From contig CAXXKA010000007.1 in the NCBI GenBank assembly GCA_963668625.2, forward strand, positions 1 to 51,417: a DNA stretch of 51,417 nucleotides, in the 5' to 3' direction. Within the stretch, counting starts at the first letter, position 1, and each line of letters starts with the position of its first letter. The notes below the pieces were generated by a model. It did not search any database. It saw only the letters and a list, made by a program, of their open reading frames with translations, and was not told the origin of the DNA. The translations under genes and the position numbers were made by a program. This stretch comes from an uncultured candidate division Zixibacteria bacterium. Lineage in GTDB: Bacteria; Zixibacteria; MSB-5A5; UBA10806; 4484-95. This document shows, one piece after another, positions 30,720 through 39,652 of this stretch.

Positions 30720-32924
30720 ATGGAAGCCAGTATTATTACTACCTACCGCTGTAATGCTAAATGTCACATGTGTAATGTTTGGATGCATCCCACGAAAGCT
30801 CGCGAGGAGATTAAGCCGGATATCATCTACAAATTACCCGATTTGAATTTCTGCAATATAACCGGCGGCGAGCCATTTTTGCGTGATGATATAATGGAAT
30901 TCGTCGAGGCGGCAACAAGCAAAGCAAAACGAGTAGTTATAAGCACCAACGGTTATCTGACCGATAGAATAGTCGAGGTTGCCAGCCGTTACAGGGATAT
31001 AGGAATACGCGTAAGCATAGAGGGATTGCCCTCCGCCAACGATGAGCTTCGCGGCTTGAAGGACGGATTCGATCACGGCCTGCGAACATTATTGCAGCTT
31101 CAAAGGCTGGGTTTGAAAGATATCGGTTTCGGCATTACGGTTTCCGACAGGAACGCCGAGGATATGATAGAGCTTTACCACCTGGCCCAATCGATGGATT
31201 TCGAGTTTGCCACGGCTGCTGTACATAACTCGTATTATTTCCATAAAGGCGATAATAAACTTACCGAGGTGGATTTAGCTACGCGGAATTTCGAAAAATT
31301 GATTGACGAGCTTTTAAGCACCAAGAAAGTTAAAAACTGGTACCGCGCCTATTTCAATCATGGCCTTATCAATTATATCAGGGGTAATAAGAGGCTGTTA
31401 CCGTGCGAGGCGGGCAGCGAACATATTTTCGTCGATCCGTCCGGCGAGGTGCGACCCTGCAATGGCATGGAAAGCAAACACTGGCTGGATAGTTTCGGCA
31501 ATCTCAATACGCAAACATGGGATGAAATCTGGCATGGCGAGAAAGCCGAGAAGATAAGGGAACGGGTGAGAACCTGCCCGAAAAATTGCTGGATGATAGG
31601 TTCGGTTTCTCCTGTAATGAAAAAGTATATCTGGAAACCCTCGCTATGGGTATTAAAAACCAAGCTTTTCGGTTATAAAAAAGGTATCAGGGTGGCGGTG
31701 CTGGGTACACGAGGATTCCCGGGAGCGCAGGGGGGCGTAGAGACGCACTGCGAGGAGTTGTACCCGAGGCTCGTTAAACTGGGCGCCGAGGTAAGAGTAT
31801 ACGGTCGCAAAGGCTATATCGATTCGAATGTGAAAGAATATAACGGAGTGGAGATAAAACCGCTCCGGGCACCGAAATTAAAAAGCCTCGAGGCTATATA
31901 TCATACGTTCCGAGGCATCGTTTCTGCAGCGTTAAGCAGGCAACGTTTCGATATCGTTCATATACATGCCGTGGGCCCCTCACTGCTGGCGCCGCTGGCA
32001 CGGTTGATGGGTAAAAAAGTGGTAGTTACCAATCACGGCCCCGATTATAACCGTGAGAAATGGGGTAAGCTTGCGAGGCGGGTAATGAAAGCCGGCGAAA
32101 ATTTCGGTACACGCTATGCCAATGGTGTAATAGCGGTATCCAAGGATATCGCGAGCCATCTGGAGCAAAACTACAACCGGGCGGTGAACTATATCCCCAA
32201 CGGCGTAAATAAACCGAAAATCATTCCGCCGGGCGAATACTTGAACAGCCTGGGTGTCGAGCATGAAAAATATTTTCTGACTGTTGCCAGGTTCGTGCCG
32301 GAAAAAGGATTGCACGATTTAATCGAGGCATTCAGCAAAATCAAAACCGATTGGAAACTGGTTATCGCCGGTGATGCCGATCACGAGGATGATTACAGCC
32401 GCAAGATAAAACGGATGGCAAATAATGATAAGCGCATTATTCTTCCCGGGATGATTCGCGGCGCCAAACTTGCGGAGGTTTACTCCAATGCCGGCCTGTT
32501 CGTGTTGCCGTCCTACCATGAGGGTTTGCCGATCGTACTGCTGGAGGCATTAAGCTACGATCTCAAAGCTATCTGCAGCGATATACCGGCTAATACCGAG
32601 GTAATCGGTGAAGAGGTATTCCTGTTCGAGCCGGGTGATGTCACCGGTCTGCAGGCGAGGATGTCCGACTACATAAACGGTTTGATTCCGAATCCGATTA
32701 TATCGCCTGAAGAGAGACTGGAGGAATACGACTGGGATATGATAGCCGCCTCCACCTATAAACTTTATCTCGAGGTAACCGGTGAAATTCACAGCGCGTT
32801 CGAGGAGGAGGATATCAACAAGGTCAGCCTGGAGAAAGTGTTAAGCGAATTCGACACGGTGCATCGTAAAAACATTAAGGTTGTGAATAAGGGAAGTGGG
32901 TTTGAGCGAATTAGTAAAAGATAG
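30720..32924 (+). CDS. Radical SAM (SPASM/twitch-like) - GT4 glycosyltransferase fusion
   Basis: CNAKCHMC (CxxxCxxC), TGGEP, auxiliary Cys CEAG/PCNG/CPKNC. Then VAVLGTRGFP..GGVETHC, FVPEKG, YHEGLPIVLLEA. Confidence 0.88.
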   Translation: MEASIITTYRCNAKCHMCNVWMHPTKAREEIKPDIIYKLPDLNFCNITGGEPFLRDDIMEFVEAATSKAKRVVISTNGYLTDRIVEVASRYRDIGIRVSIEGLPSANDELRGLKDGFDHGLRTLLQLQRLGLKDIGFGITVSDRNAEDMIELYHLAQSMDFEFATAAVHNSYYFHKGDNKLTEVDLATRNFEKLIDELLSTKKVKNWYRAYFNHGLINYIRGNKRLLPCEAGSEHIFVDPSGEVRPCNGMESKHWLDSFGNLNTQTWDEIWHGEKAEKIRERVRTCPKNCWMIGSVSPVMKKYIWKPSLWVLKTKLFGYKKGIRVAVLGTRGFPGAQGGVETHCEELYPRLVKLGAEVRVYGRKGYIDSNVKEYNGVEIKPLRAPKLKSLEAIYHTFRGIVSAALSRQRFDIVHIHAVGPSLLAPLARLMGKKVVVTNHGPDYNREKWGKLARRVMKAGENFGTRYANGVIAVSKDIASHLEQNYNRAVNYIPNGVNKPKIIPPGEYLNSLGVEHEKYFLTVARFVPEKGLHDLIEAFSKIKTDWKLVIAGDADHEDDYSRKIKRMANNDKRIILPGMIRGAKLAEVYSNAGLFVLPSYHEGLPIVLLEALSYDLKAICSDIPANTEVIGEEVFLFEPGDVTGLQARMSDYINGLIPNPIISPEERLEEYDWDMIAASTYKLYLEVTGEIHSAFEEEDINKVSLEKVLSEFDTVHRKNIKVVNKGSGFERISKR

Positions 32925-33792
32925 ATCATTGGTACAAAAAGTTCTCAACTATCGGGATATATTAAACTACCATCGCGGACAGACCGAAGTATTCGCTCAT
33001 CACGACTACGATGTTTTCACCAGCTTGAACGAGCGGATCGGCAAATACCTGCCGGATGGCAAATCGAAATTGAGGGTTCTCGATATCGGTTGCGGTCAAC
33101 GGTATCCGAATACTCTTTTATTCGCCAACACCGACAGGTTCGAGGCGGTTGGCATAGATGCTGATGTCGTAGGACCCGGGGTATCCAAGTATGTTAAGAT
33201 GGTGTTAAAAAACGGGCTGGAGCGATCGGTAAAAAGCGCTATAAGAGAGACACTGTTCGATAGGGCGTATTTCTCCACGCTGGAAAAAGCGGCAGGGAAG
33301 AAACTCACCAAACGTAATTTGAATATCGTAAATACCGATTCGGACAGGCTACCGTTTCCGGATAACTATTTCGATGTCATAATTTCTAACGCTGTTTTCG
33401 AGCATATCGAGGATGTCGAGGCGGCCATTGCCGAATTGGTGAGAGTAAGCAAACCGGGGGCGGTGCTGTATAACGTGATACATCTATATGCCTCTTTGTC
33501 CGGCGGCCATAATCTTCAGTGGGCATACCCCGAAAAGCATACCCCGGATGATGTTCCGCCGTGGGACCATTTGAGGCAAAACAAATATCCGACCCATATT
33601 TACTTGAATAAGCTTCGTGAATATGACTATAAAGCCTTTTTCGGAAAACATACCGAGATACTGGAGTGGAACGATGGCGTTAGCGAGGGGCGGGAATTAC
33701 TGAGCAATGAGATTCGCAATGAGCTTTCGCGATATTCCGAGGATGAGCTATTAAAACGGGATGTTACGGCTATCTGCAGGCCAATTAAGTAA
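32896..33792 (+). CDS. Class I SAM-dependent methyltransferase
   Basis: VLDIGCG, LPFPDNYFDVIISNAVFEHI, RVSKPG. Confidence 0.9.
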   Translation: MGLSELVKDRSLVQKVLNYRDILNYHRGQTEVFAHHDYDVFTSLNERIGKYLPDGKSKLRVLDIGCGQRYPNTLLFANTDRFEAVGIDADVVGPGVSKYVKMVLKNGLERSVKSAIRETLFDRAYFSTLEKAAGKKLTKRNLNIVNTDSDRLPFPDNYFDVIISNAVFEHIEDVEAAIAELVRVSKPGAVLYNVIHLYASLSGGHNLQWAYPEKHTPDDVPPWDHLRQNKYPTHIYLNKLREYDYKAFFGKHTEILEWNDGVSEGRELLSNEIRNELSRYSEDELLKRDVTAICRPIK

Positions 33793-33855
33793 GCTTTTAA
33801 GGCTTTCCTGCTTTCAGTAATTGATTTATCAAGTACAAATATATAAATTAGGCTT

Positions 33856-35751
33856 ATGATTATTGCCTCGATTTCAAATGTGACCAAATCGTACCCCTCG
33901 ATGACCGTACTGCAAGACATCCGTCTGGCAATCAAGAAGGGCGAGAAGATAGGTTTCGTTGGCGCTAATGGCACCGGTAAGACAACTCTTCTGGAGGTCA
34001 TATACGGTTTGAGCGAGTACGAATCCGGCTCGGTTGATATTGTCAGGGGAACGAGTGTTAAATATCTGCCGCAGTCTATAGCCGAATCATATGATGGCAT
34101 CGACACGCACGGGATCAGTGTTTTCGATTTCATCAAGTCGGGGCTGGATAAAATCGACTCATTGAAAGATACGCTGGCGGAACTCGAGGCCAAAATCAGT
34201 ACTGACGAGGCAACCGAGAGAGAGAAATCGCGTTACAGCGAGGCGCTTCATCAATTTCAGATGATGGATGGTTACAGTGTCGAGACCAATGTCGAGAAGG
34301 TCGCTTACGGGCTTGGTTTCCCGCGTGAAATGCTCGATACCTCGGTTGATGTACTTTCCGGGGGCGAGAAAAACCGTGCCGCGCTGGCAAGGCTTTTAGT
34401 CGCGAATCCGGAGTTAATGCTTTTAGATGAGCCGACAAATCATCTGGATATAAACGGAATCGAGTTTTTGGAGGAATATATCAAGTCCTCGCCTGCGGCA
34501 GCGATTATCGTATCTCACGATAGGCGATTTCTCGATAGAACCGTTGAGAATATCTGGGAAATATATTCCGCCGAGATAAGGACATACAAGGGGAATTACA
34601 GCCGCTATCTCGAATCCAAAGAGAAGATAAGCCAACAGCAGTTAAAAGCTTACGAGCAGCAGAAGGATTTCATCAGGAAGACAGAGCGGTTTATCGCGGC
34701 CAATATAGCCGGTCAGAAAACCAAACAGGCACAGTCGCGCCGCCGGATGCTTTCCAAGTTGCAGCGAATGAATAAGCCGGATGGGGTCGATAAAAGTATC
34801 ATTCTCAATTTCAGCGGGGTGGCTCGCTCGGAGAGAATCGTCTGCAAAGCCGAAAACCTGGAATTCAGCTACGATACCAAACCGATTCTCGAACAATCTG
34901 ATTTCACGATAGAACGGGGAGAGCGGATCGGTTTTCTGGGAAGAAACGGGTCGGGAAAGACCACCATAATCGAGGTTCTGCTCGGAAGTAAAAAGCCCTC
35001 AGGCGGAGACCTTCTACTGGGCAAGAAATTGAATATCGGCTATTACCGTCAAACACGAACGGAGTTTAACCCGAAAGACCGGGTCATCGATGTTATCTGG
35101 CAAGTTCTGCCGGATCAGACCGAGGGCAAGCTTCGTGACTACCTCGGCCGGTTTCTATTTTCCGGCGAGGATGTTTTCCGCCAGGTAGGCACTTTCTCGG
35201 GAGGTCAGCAAAGCCGTCTGGCCCTGGCGGTGCTGATGGCGCAGAATCCTAATTTCCTGGTGCTCGATGAACCCACGAACCATCTGGATATACCCTCGCA
35301 AGAGGCCCTGGAAGATGCTCTGGATGATTACGCGGGTACGCTTCTGGTAGTATCGCACGATCGCTATTTTCTCGATAGCGTGGTGGATAAAGTGTTCTCG
35401 CTGGAAAATCGCCATATCAAAACATACCTGGGTGACTACTCGTATTATGAATCGAAGAAGCGGGAATTGCTGGAAAACCGGGCGCAGGCAAAAGTCAATA
35501 ATGATAAAAAAGTAAAAGAAAAAACACGACCTAAAAGCAAACGCGTAAATCCGATTATCATAAACAAGCACAAGGATGAAATCGAGATGACAGAGAAGAA
35601 ACTTCAAGCCGTTTACGATAATCTCGAATCATCCGAATACGCCTCCGATTGGGGTAAACTCGAATCTCTGAACAAAGATAAAGATGAGTTGGAACAAGAA
35701 TTGTTGATTTTATACGAAAAGCTTGATAGTTTAATAAGCGATGAGGAATAA
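33856..35751 (+). CDS. ABC-F family ATP-binding protein (Uup/YheS-like)
   Basis: Two ABC domains (GANGTGKT, GRNGSGKT, two LDEPTNHLD), linker, coiled-coil tail, no TMs. Confidence 0.93.
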   Translation: MIIASISNVTKSYPSMTVLQDIRLAIKKGEKIGFVGANGTGKTTLLEVIYGLSEYESGSVDIVRGTSVKYLPQSIAESYDGIDTHGISVFDFIKSGLDKIDSLKDTLAELEAKISTDEATEREKSRYSEALHQFQMMDGYSVETNVEKVAYGLGFPREMLDTSVDVLSGGEKNRAALARLLVANPELMLLDEPTNHLDINGIEFLEEYIKSSPAAAIIVSHDRRFLDRTVENIWEIYSAEIRTYKGNYSRYLESKEKISQQQLKAYEQQKDFIRKTERFIAANIAGQKTKQAQSRRRMLSKLQRMNKPDGVDKSIILNFSGVARSERIVCKAENLEFSYDTKPILEQSDFTIERGERIGFLGRNGSGKTTIIEVLLGSKKPSGGDLLLGKKLNIGYYRQTRTEFNPKDRVIDVIWQVLPDQTEGKLRDYLGRFLFSGEDVFRQVGTFSGGQQSRLALAVLMAQNPNFLVLDEPTNHLDIPSQEALEDALDDYAGTLLVVSHDRYFLDSVVDKVFSLENRHIKTYLGDYSYYESKKRELLENRAQAKVNNDKKVKEKTRPKSKRVNPIIINKHKDEIEMTEKKLQAVYDNLESSEYASDWGKLESLNKDKDELEQELLILYEKLDSLISDEE

Positions 35752-37288
35752 AATCAAAAATCATACCGGCTGGCTGATTGTGCTCGCGTTCACGCTACTT
35801 TACTTGATTTTCCCCAACAACAATCAAGGCTACGATTCTTATAGCTACGCTATTTCCGCTAAAGAAGGCGCTGATCTTTTTCATCCCCATCACCTGATAT
35901 ACAACCTGTTCGGCTATGCTTTGTTCAGCTTGTTGTCATTTACCGGGCTGGGAAGTATGAAAATACTTTCACTGGCCAACACCGTGTTCGGCGTTTTATC
36001 TCTTCGATTCGTATATGATATTTTATCGAAAAGATCGGGCTATTTCGAGTCGTTGGCGGGCACGGTTTTGACAGGCTCTCTTTTCTCGTTCTGGTATTAC
36101 TCAACCTCGGCCGAGGTAAACATGCCGGCGATATTTTTCACGATCGTGGCTTTGTATTTCCTGGTAGCGAAAGATGAGCATCCCGCCTCCGGCTGGTTGG
36201 TTTATCTTCTGATGCTGATAGGTGTGCTGTTTCATCAACTGGTAGCGCTGATAGGTATACCCGTATTGCTATACGATATGCGCCGATCCGGTTCGGCAAC
36301 AGCCGCTTTGAAAAGAGCTCATCCGGGGATTCTTCTGGGGGCATTGATTTATACCGTAGTCGCCATAGAGAACGCAGCCGAGAAAAACGCCGCCGGGATG
36401 TTGAAATGGATAACGCAATACGGCCACGCCGGTGAGTGGGGCAAACTCGGTACGGCTAATATCAGCCAGGGAGTATGGGGTAAGATCAAGACGGTATTCG
36501 GCGGTGAGATAATACGTGAGATTTTCTACGGTGGCCAATGGAGAACGTTCAGCATTATTTATATTGCCATAATCGCGATTATTTATCTGGGGCTAACCTA
36601 TTTATTCATCATTTCCTGTGTTAGGCTATATAAAAACCGTGACCGTATAAGCGCCCTGTATCTGGTGCTGATAGTTTCATTGTCACTATTCGCCGGCTGG
36701 TGGGCGCCCCATGATGATGGTTTCTGGCTTTATCCTTTCGTGATCTTGGGTCTTTTCATTTTCGGTATGCCTTTTAGAAGCAAAGTTAACCGTGTTATTG
36801 CCGGTGTGACCATAGCCATTCTTTTGATGCTGAATATCTCCTGCGAGTTCATTTCTTCATCCGATAAATCCAACTCACTGATATATGAAGGAGCGATGTC
36901 ATTCCGTCGATTGGAACTTACCTCGAACGATCTGGTGATTACCAACCTCAGTCAATCACGACTGGCATACGAGTATTACACCGGCGTGCATGTTCCGACC
37001 ACCTGCATGATGTTTTTACCATTGGGCGATAAAGATAGCGTCATAGAGGGATACCATCGTAGAATTAGCGAGGCTAAAGATACTGCGCGTGTTTACATGT
37101 TCGAGGATGAGATATATCCAGATGATTACCGGGGATATCTCTTCGGTAGATTCACCGCCGAGGAATACTCCAATACCTACGAACGATATTATCCGCATCT
37201 TATGGCGGCGGATTCCGTATATATGCATGGAAGGTATGTCAGGATATATCAATTGAAAGATGATAATCCTATCGGCTCGATCGAGTAA
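35741..37288 (+). CDS. Multi-TM protein, probable GT-C-fold (DUF2723/ArnT-like) glycosyltransferase
   Basis: YDSYSYA, FHPHHLIY, SFWYYSTSAEV, LFHQ motifs and many TMs. Confidence 0.6.
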   Translation: MRNKIKNHTGWLIVLAFTLLYLIFPNNNQGYDSYSYAISAKEGADLFHPHHLIYNLFGYALFSLLSFTGLGSMKILSLANTVFGVLSLRFVYDILSKRSGYFESLAGTVLTGSLFSFWYYSTSAEVNMPAIFFTIVALYFLVAKDEHPASGWLVYLLMLIGVLFHQLVALIGIPVLLYDMRRSGSATAALKRAHPGILLGALIYTVVAIENAAEKNAAGMLKWITQYGHAGEWGKLGTANISQGVWGKIKTVFGGEIIREIFYGGQWRTFSIIYIAIIAIIYLGLTYLFIISCVRLYKNRDRISALYLVLIVSLSLFAGWWAPHDDGFWLYPFVILGLFIFGMPFRSKVNRVIAGVTIAILLMLNISCEFISSSDKSNSLIYEGAMSFRRLELTSNDLVITNLSQSRLAYEYYTGVHVPTTCMMFLPLGDKDSVIEGYHRRISEAKDTARVYMFEDEIYPDDYRGYLFGRFTAEEYSNTYERYYPHLMAADSVYMHGRYVRIYQLKDDNPIGSIE

Positions 37289-37382
37289 CTGTCCTGAGTA
37301 GATATAATCAATATAGAGATTTCTGATTTACAGATTACTTTACAACCGCTAAATTTTTGAACATTAGTGAAAGGGCTCTCCA

Positions 37383-37787
37383 ATGAAACCAAGCAGGATA
37401 ACAGGAGCGTTAGGAATCGTACTGGTAGCATTCGGTATTTACGGACTGACAGTTTCTTTTAATCCCGGCTCCGGCATTCCCATAGTTATAGGCGGAACAC
37501 TTATTTATTTGGCGATAAAAAGGGGACGAATTGCCACCCTGGTTTTCGGCCATACCTGTATCGTTGTCGGCGCTTATCTTATCACCTGGGGCATATTACT
37601 GCTTCCTTATTCCGAACCGAGGATCGCCCACATATTCGGCCGGCCATTATTCTGGGGATTATTTTCGATGATGGGCGGCGTATGCGCTATATTCCATGGC
37701 TTTTGCAGATGTGTTACTCGTCAGGTGGATGAATTCGAGGGGGATAATAAAAGGGGTGAATCTCAACATTGCGCGAATCATCAATAA
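37383..37787 (+). CDS. Hypothetical membrane protein
   Basis: 134 aa, about 4 TMs, C-terminal CAIFHGFCRC. Confidence 0.7.
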   Translation: MKPSRITGALGIVLVAFGIYGLTVSFNPGSGIPIVIGGTLIYLAIKRGRIATLVFGHTCIVVGAYLITWGILLLPYSEPRIAHIFGRPLFWGLFSMMGGVCAIFHGFCRCVTRQVDEFEGDNKRGESQHCANHQ

Positions 37788-37840
37788 AAGACATCATACG
37801 CCTGACAACTCGTAATTCCAGAGTTAGGTAATGAGGATAT

Positions 37841-37874
37841 AAAAAAAGGCCGCCCTTACAAAAAGGACGGCCCT
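37841..37874 (-). terminator. Intrinsic terminator of the PEP-CTERM gene
   Basis: Minus strand gggccgtcctt...aagggcggcct then a T run. Confidence 0.8.
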
Positions 37875-37897
37875 GGGGGGCATTGGTTAGCTAAAAA

Positions 37898-38617
37898 TTA
37901 TTTTCTTCTGCGACGGCGAATGGTTAAGGCCGTACCGATAAGACCGGTACCCAGAAGTAATAATGTACCCGGTTCCGGAACCGAGGACAGGCCGATAACC
38001 ATATCATCATGATCGAAATTCGGGCCGGTATGATCATCATCAATAAAGAGAAGGTAATCATAGTCTCCGGATCCGGACCAGCTTGATAATTGGTAATCCG
38101 AATCTCCGAAATCGCGAACATCGTACATGACAAAGAACTGTTGCTCGAACCAGGAGGTATTACCGTAGGTTAAGCCTCTCTCCGAGAACAGATATGAGTC
38201 GCCATCAGATTCCCACCATCTGCGGGTATCATACTGGCCGTTGCCGTTAACATCATTTAGAAGCCAGAAACCAACATCGGTACCGGCGCTATAATTGGTC
38301 GTAATCGTACTGCCGACACCATCATTGCCATCAAAAAGCATCTGCTGGTTGTTACCCTGACCTATATCGTTGTAAAGACCGAACTGGTTGACATTACTCC
38401 ACTCTGACTGTTCGCCGAGCATAGTCCATGTCTGCCGGTTGGATTCCATGGTGAATGTAAGATCCTGCCATGGAAATAGAGGGCTGCCGCCGTTGAGACG
38501 ATGTTGATACGGATCAACGACTGCGCCATCGATATAAAGATCGGGAGTAGCCATCGCGGTTGAGATGCCAAGAACAAAGGTGCTCAGGATAATCATTGCG
38601 AATAACTTTTTCATCAT
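37898..38617 (-). CDS. PEP-CTERM sorting-domain protein
   Basis: Signal peptide, acidic domain ending DHDDMVI, then VPEPGTLLLLGTGLIG-TM-RRRRK. Confidence 0.93.
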   Translation of the reverse strand: MMKKLFAMIILSTFVLGISTAMATPDLYIDGAVVDPYQHRLNGGSPLFPWQDLTFTMESNRQTWTMLGEQSEWSNVNQFGLYNDIGQGNNQQMLFDGNDGVGSTITTNYSAGTDVGFWLLNDVNGNGQYDTRRWWESDGDSYLFSERGLTYGNTSWFEQQFFVMYDVRDFGDSDYQLSSWSGSGDYDYLLFIDDDHTGPNFDHDDMVIGLSSVPEPGTLLLLGTGLIGTALTIRRRRRK

Positions 38618-38666
38618 TTCCCTTTCCTGGAGTTTCGTTTTTCACACTTTAACATTTAACATATTA

Positions 38667-38683
38667 AGCAATACTCGTGCCAA
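38667..38683 (-). promoter_or_regulatory. Sigma54 (-24/-12) promoter of the PEP-CTERM gene
   Basis: Minus strand TTGGCACGAGTATTGCT matches TGGCAC-N5-TTGC. Confidence 0.88.
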
Positions 38684-38698
38684 TTGACAATAGTTGTG

Positions 38699-38711
38699 TA
38701 AGCTATTGATA
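38699..38711 (-). promoter_or_regulatory. IHF-like binding site
   Basis: Minus strand TATCAA-TAGC-TTA matches WATCAANNNNTTR just upstream of the sigma54 box. Confidence 0.65.
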
Positions 38712-38819
38712 TCTAAAAAGATAGTAGTTCATTTCTATGTTTTGTCGGGGAAAGATTGATATGAGCAATATGAAATCCATTGCAGCTATAGTCGGAAATC
38801 TGAACAGGTTAAGTAAGTA

Positions 38820-39590
38820 TTACCTCCGGCGCAGCATATACATAGCTATGCCGGCGGCTACCGAGGCGTTGAGTGAATCAACCTTGTTTGATTGTTCTAT
38901 TCTGAAACGGTGAGGTGAAGCAACCTCGATTTCCGGGCTGATACCGGCAGTTTCTCCGCCAACTATAAGCAGCGGCCGTTCGATTTCAGGAGAATTCGAT
39001 AACTTAGTGGAATAGTCGCCGCTTAAGCTGATTAATTTAAAGGCGCCGGAGAACGTATTAAGGAAAGTAGACACCGAATTGATTTCCACTATCGGGATAT
39101 TGAATACGGCGCCCTGGGTAGCGCTGATGGTTTTCGGATTGTAAATATCAGCGCAGTTACCAACCAGTACAACCGCGTCATATGTAAAAGCTGCTGCGGT
39201 GCGGATTATAGTGCCCAGGTTACCCGGATCGGAGATATTATCGCAGGCGATAATGGAACCGGCATTCTGGGCTATTTCAGGAATAGTCCCCGATTGATCG
39301 GCGGTTCTCAAAATCGCCAGTATTCCCTGAGGTGTTGAGGATGGTGATATACGGTTGAAATGCTGGGTATCGGCTATGGTTATCGAATCATCATCGATTC
39401 CCAATTTTGCCGCATACTCCAGGCAGTCCGATCGTACTATTACGGTTTTAATTGGCCAGTTGGCTTTAATCGCCTCCTCCACCAGGTGAACGCCATCAGC
39501 GATAAATAAGCCATGTTGGCGGCGGAATTTCTTGTTTTTCAACGAGGCATAAAGCTTTGTTAGGTTAATGGTAAGTTTAGATACCGGCAT
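38820..39590 (-). CDS. TrmH/SpoU-family RNA methyltransferase
   Basis: PQGILA, DPGNLGTIIRTA, GGETAGIS, DSLNASVAAGI SPOUT motifs. Confidence 0.93.
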   Translation of the reverse strand: MPVSKLTINLTKLYASLKNKKFRRQHGLFIADGVHLVEEAIKANWPIKTVIVRSDCLEYAAKLGIDDDSITIADTQHFNRISPSSTPQGILAILRTADQSGTIPEIAQNAGSIIACDNISDPGNLGTIIRTAAAFTYDAVVLVGNCADIYNPKTISATQGAVFNIPIVEINSVSTFLNTFSGAFKLISLSGDYSTKLSNSPEIERPLLIVGGETAGISPEIEVASPHRFRIEQSNKVDSLNASVAAGIAMYMLRRR

Positions 39591-39652
39591 AGACTCTCTT
39601 TTCTTGATTTTCCCGAATCAGACCGATATAATCATAGAAGAGGTATATCATC

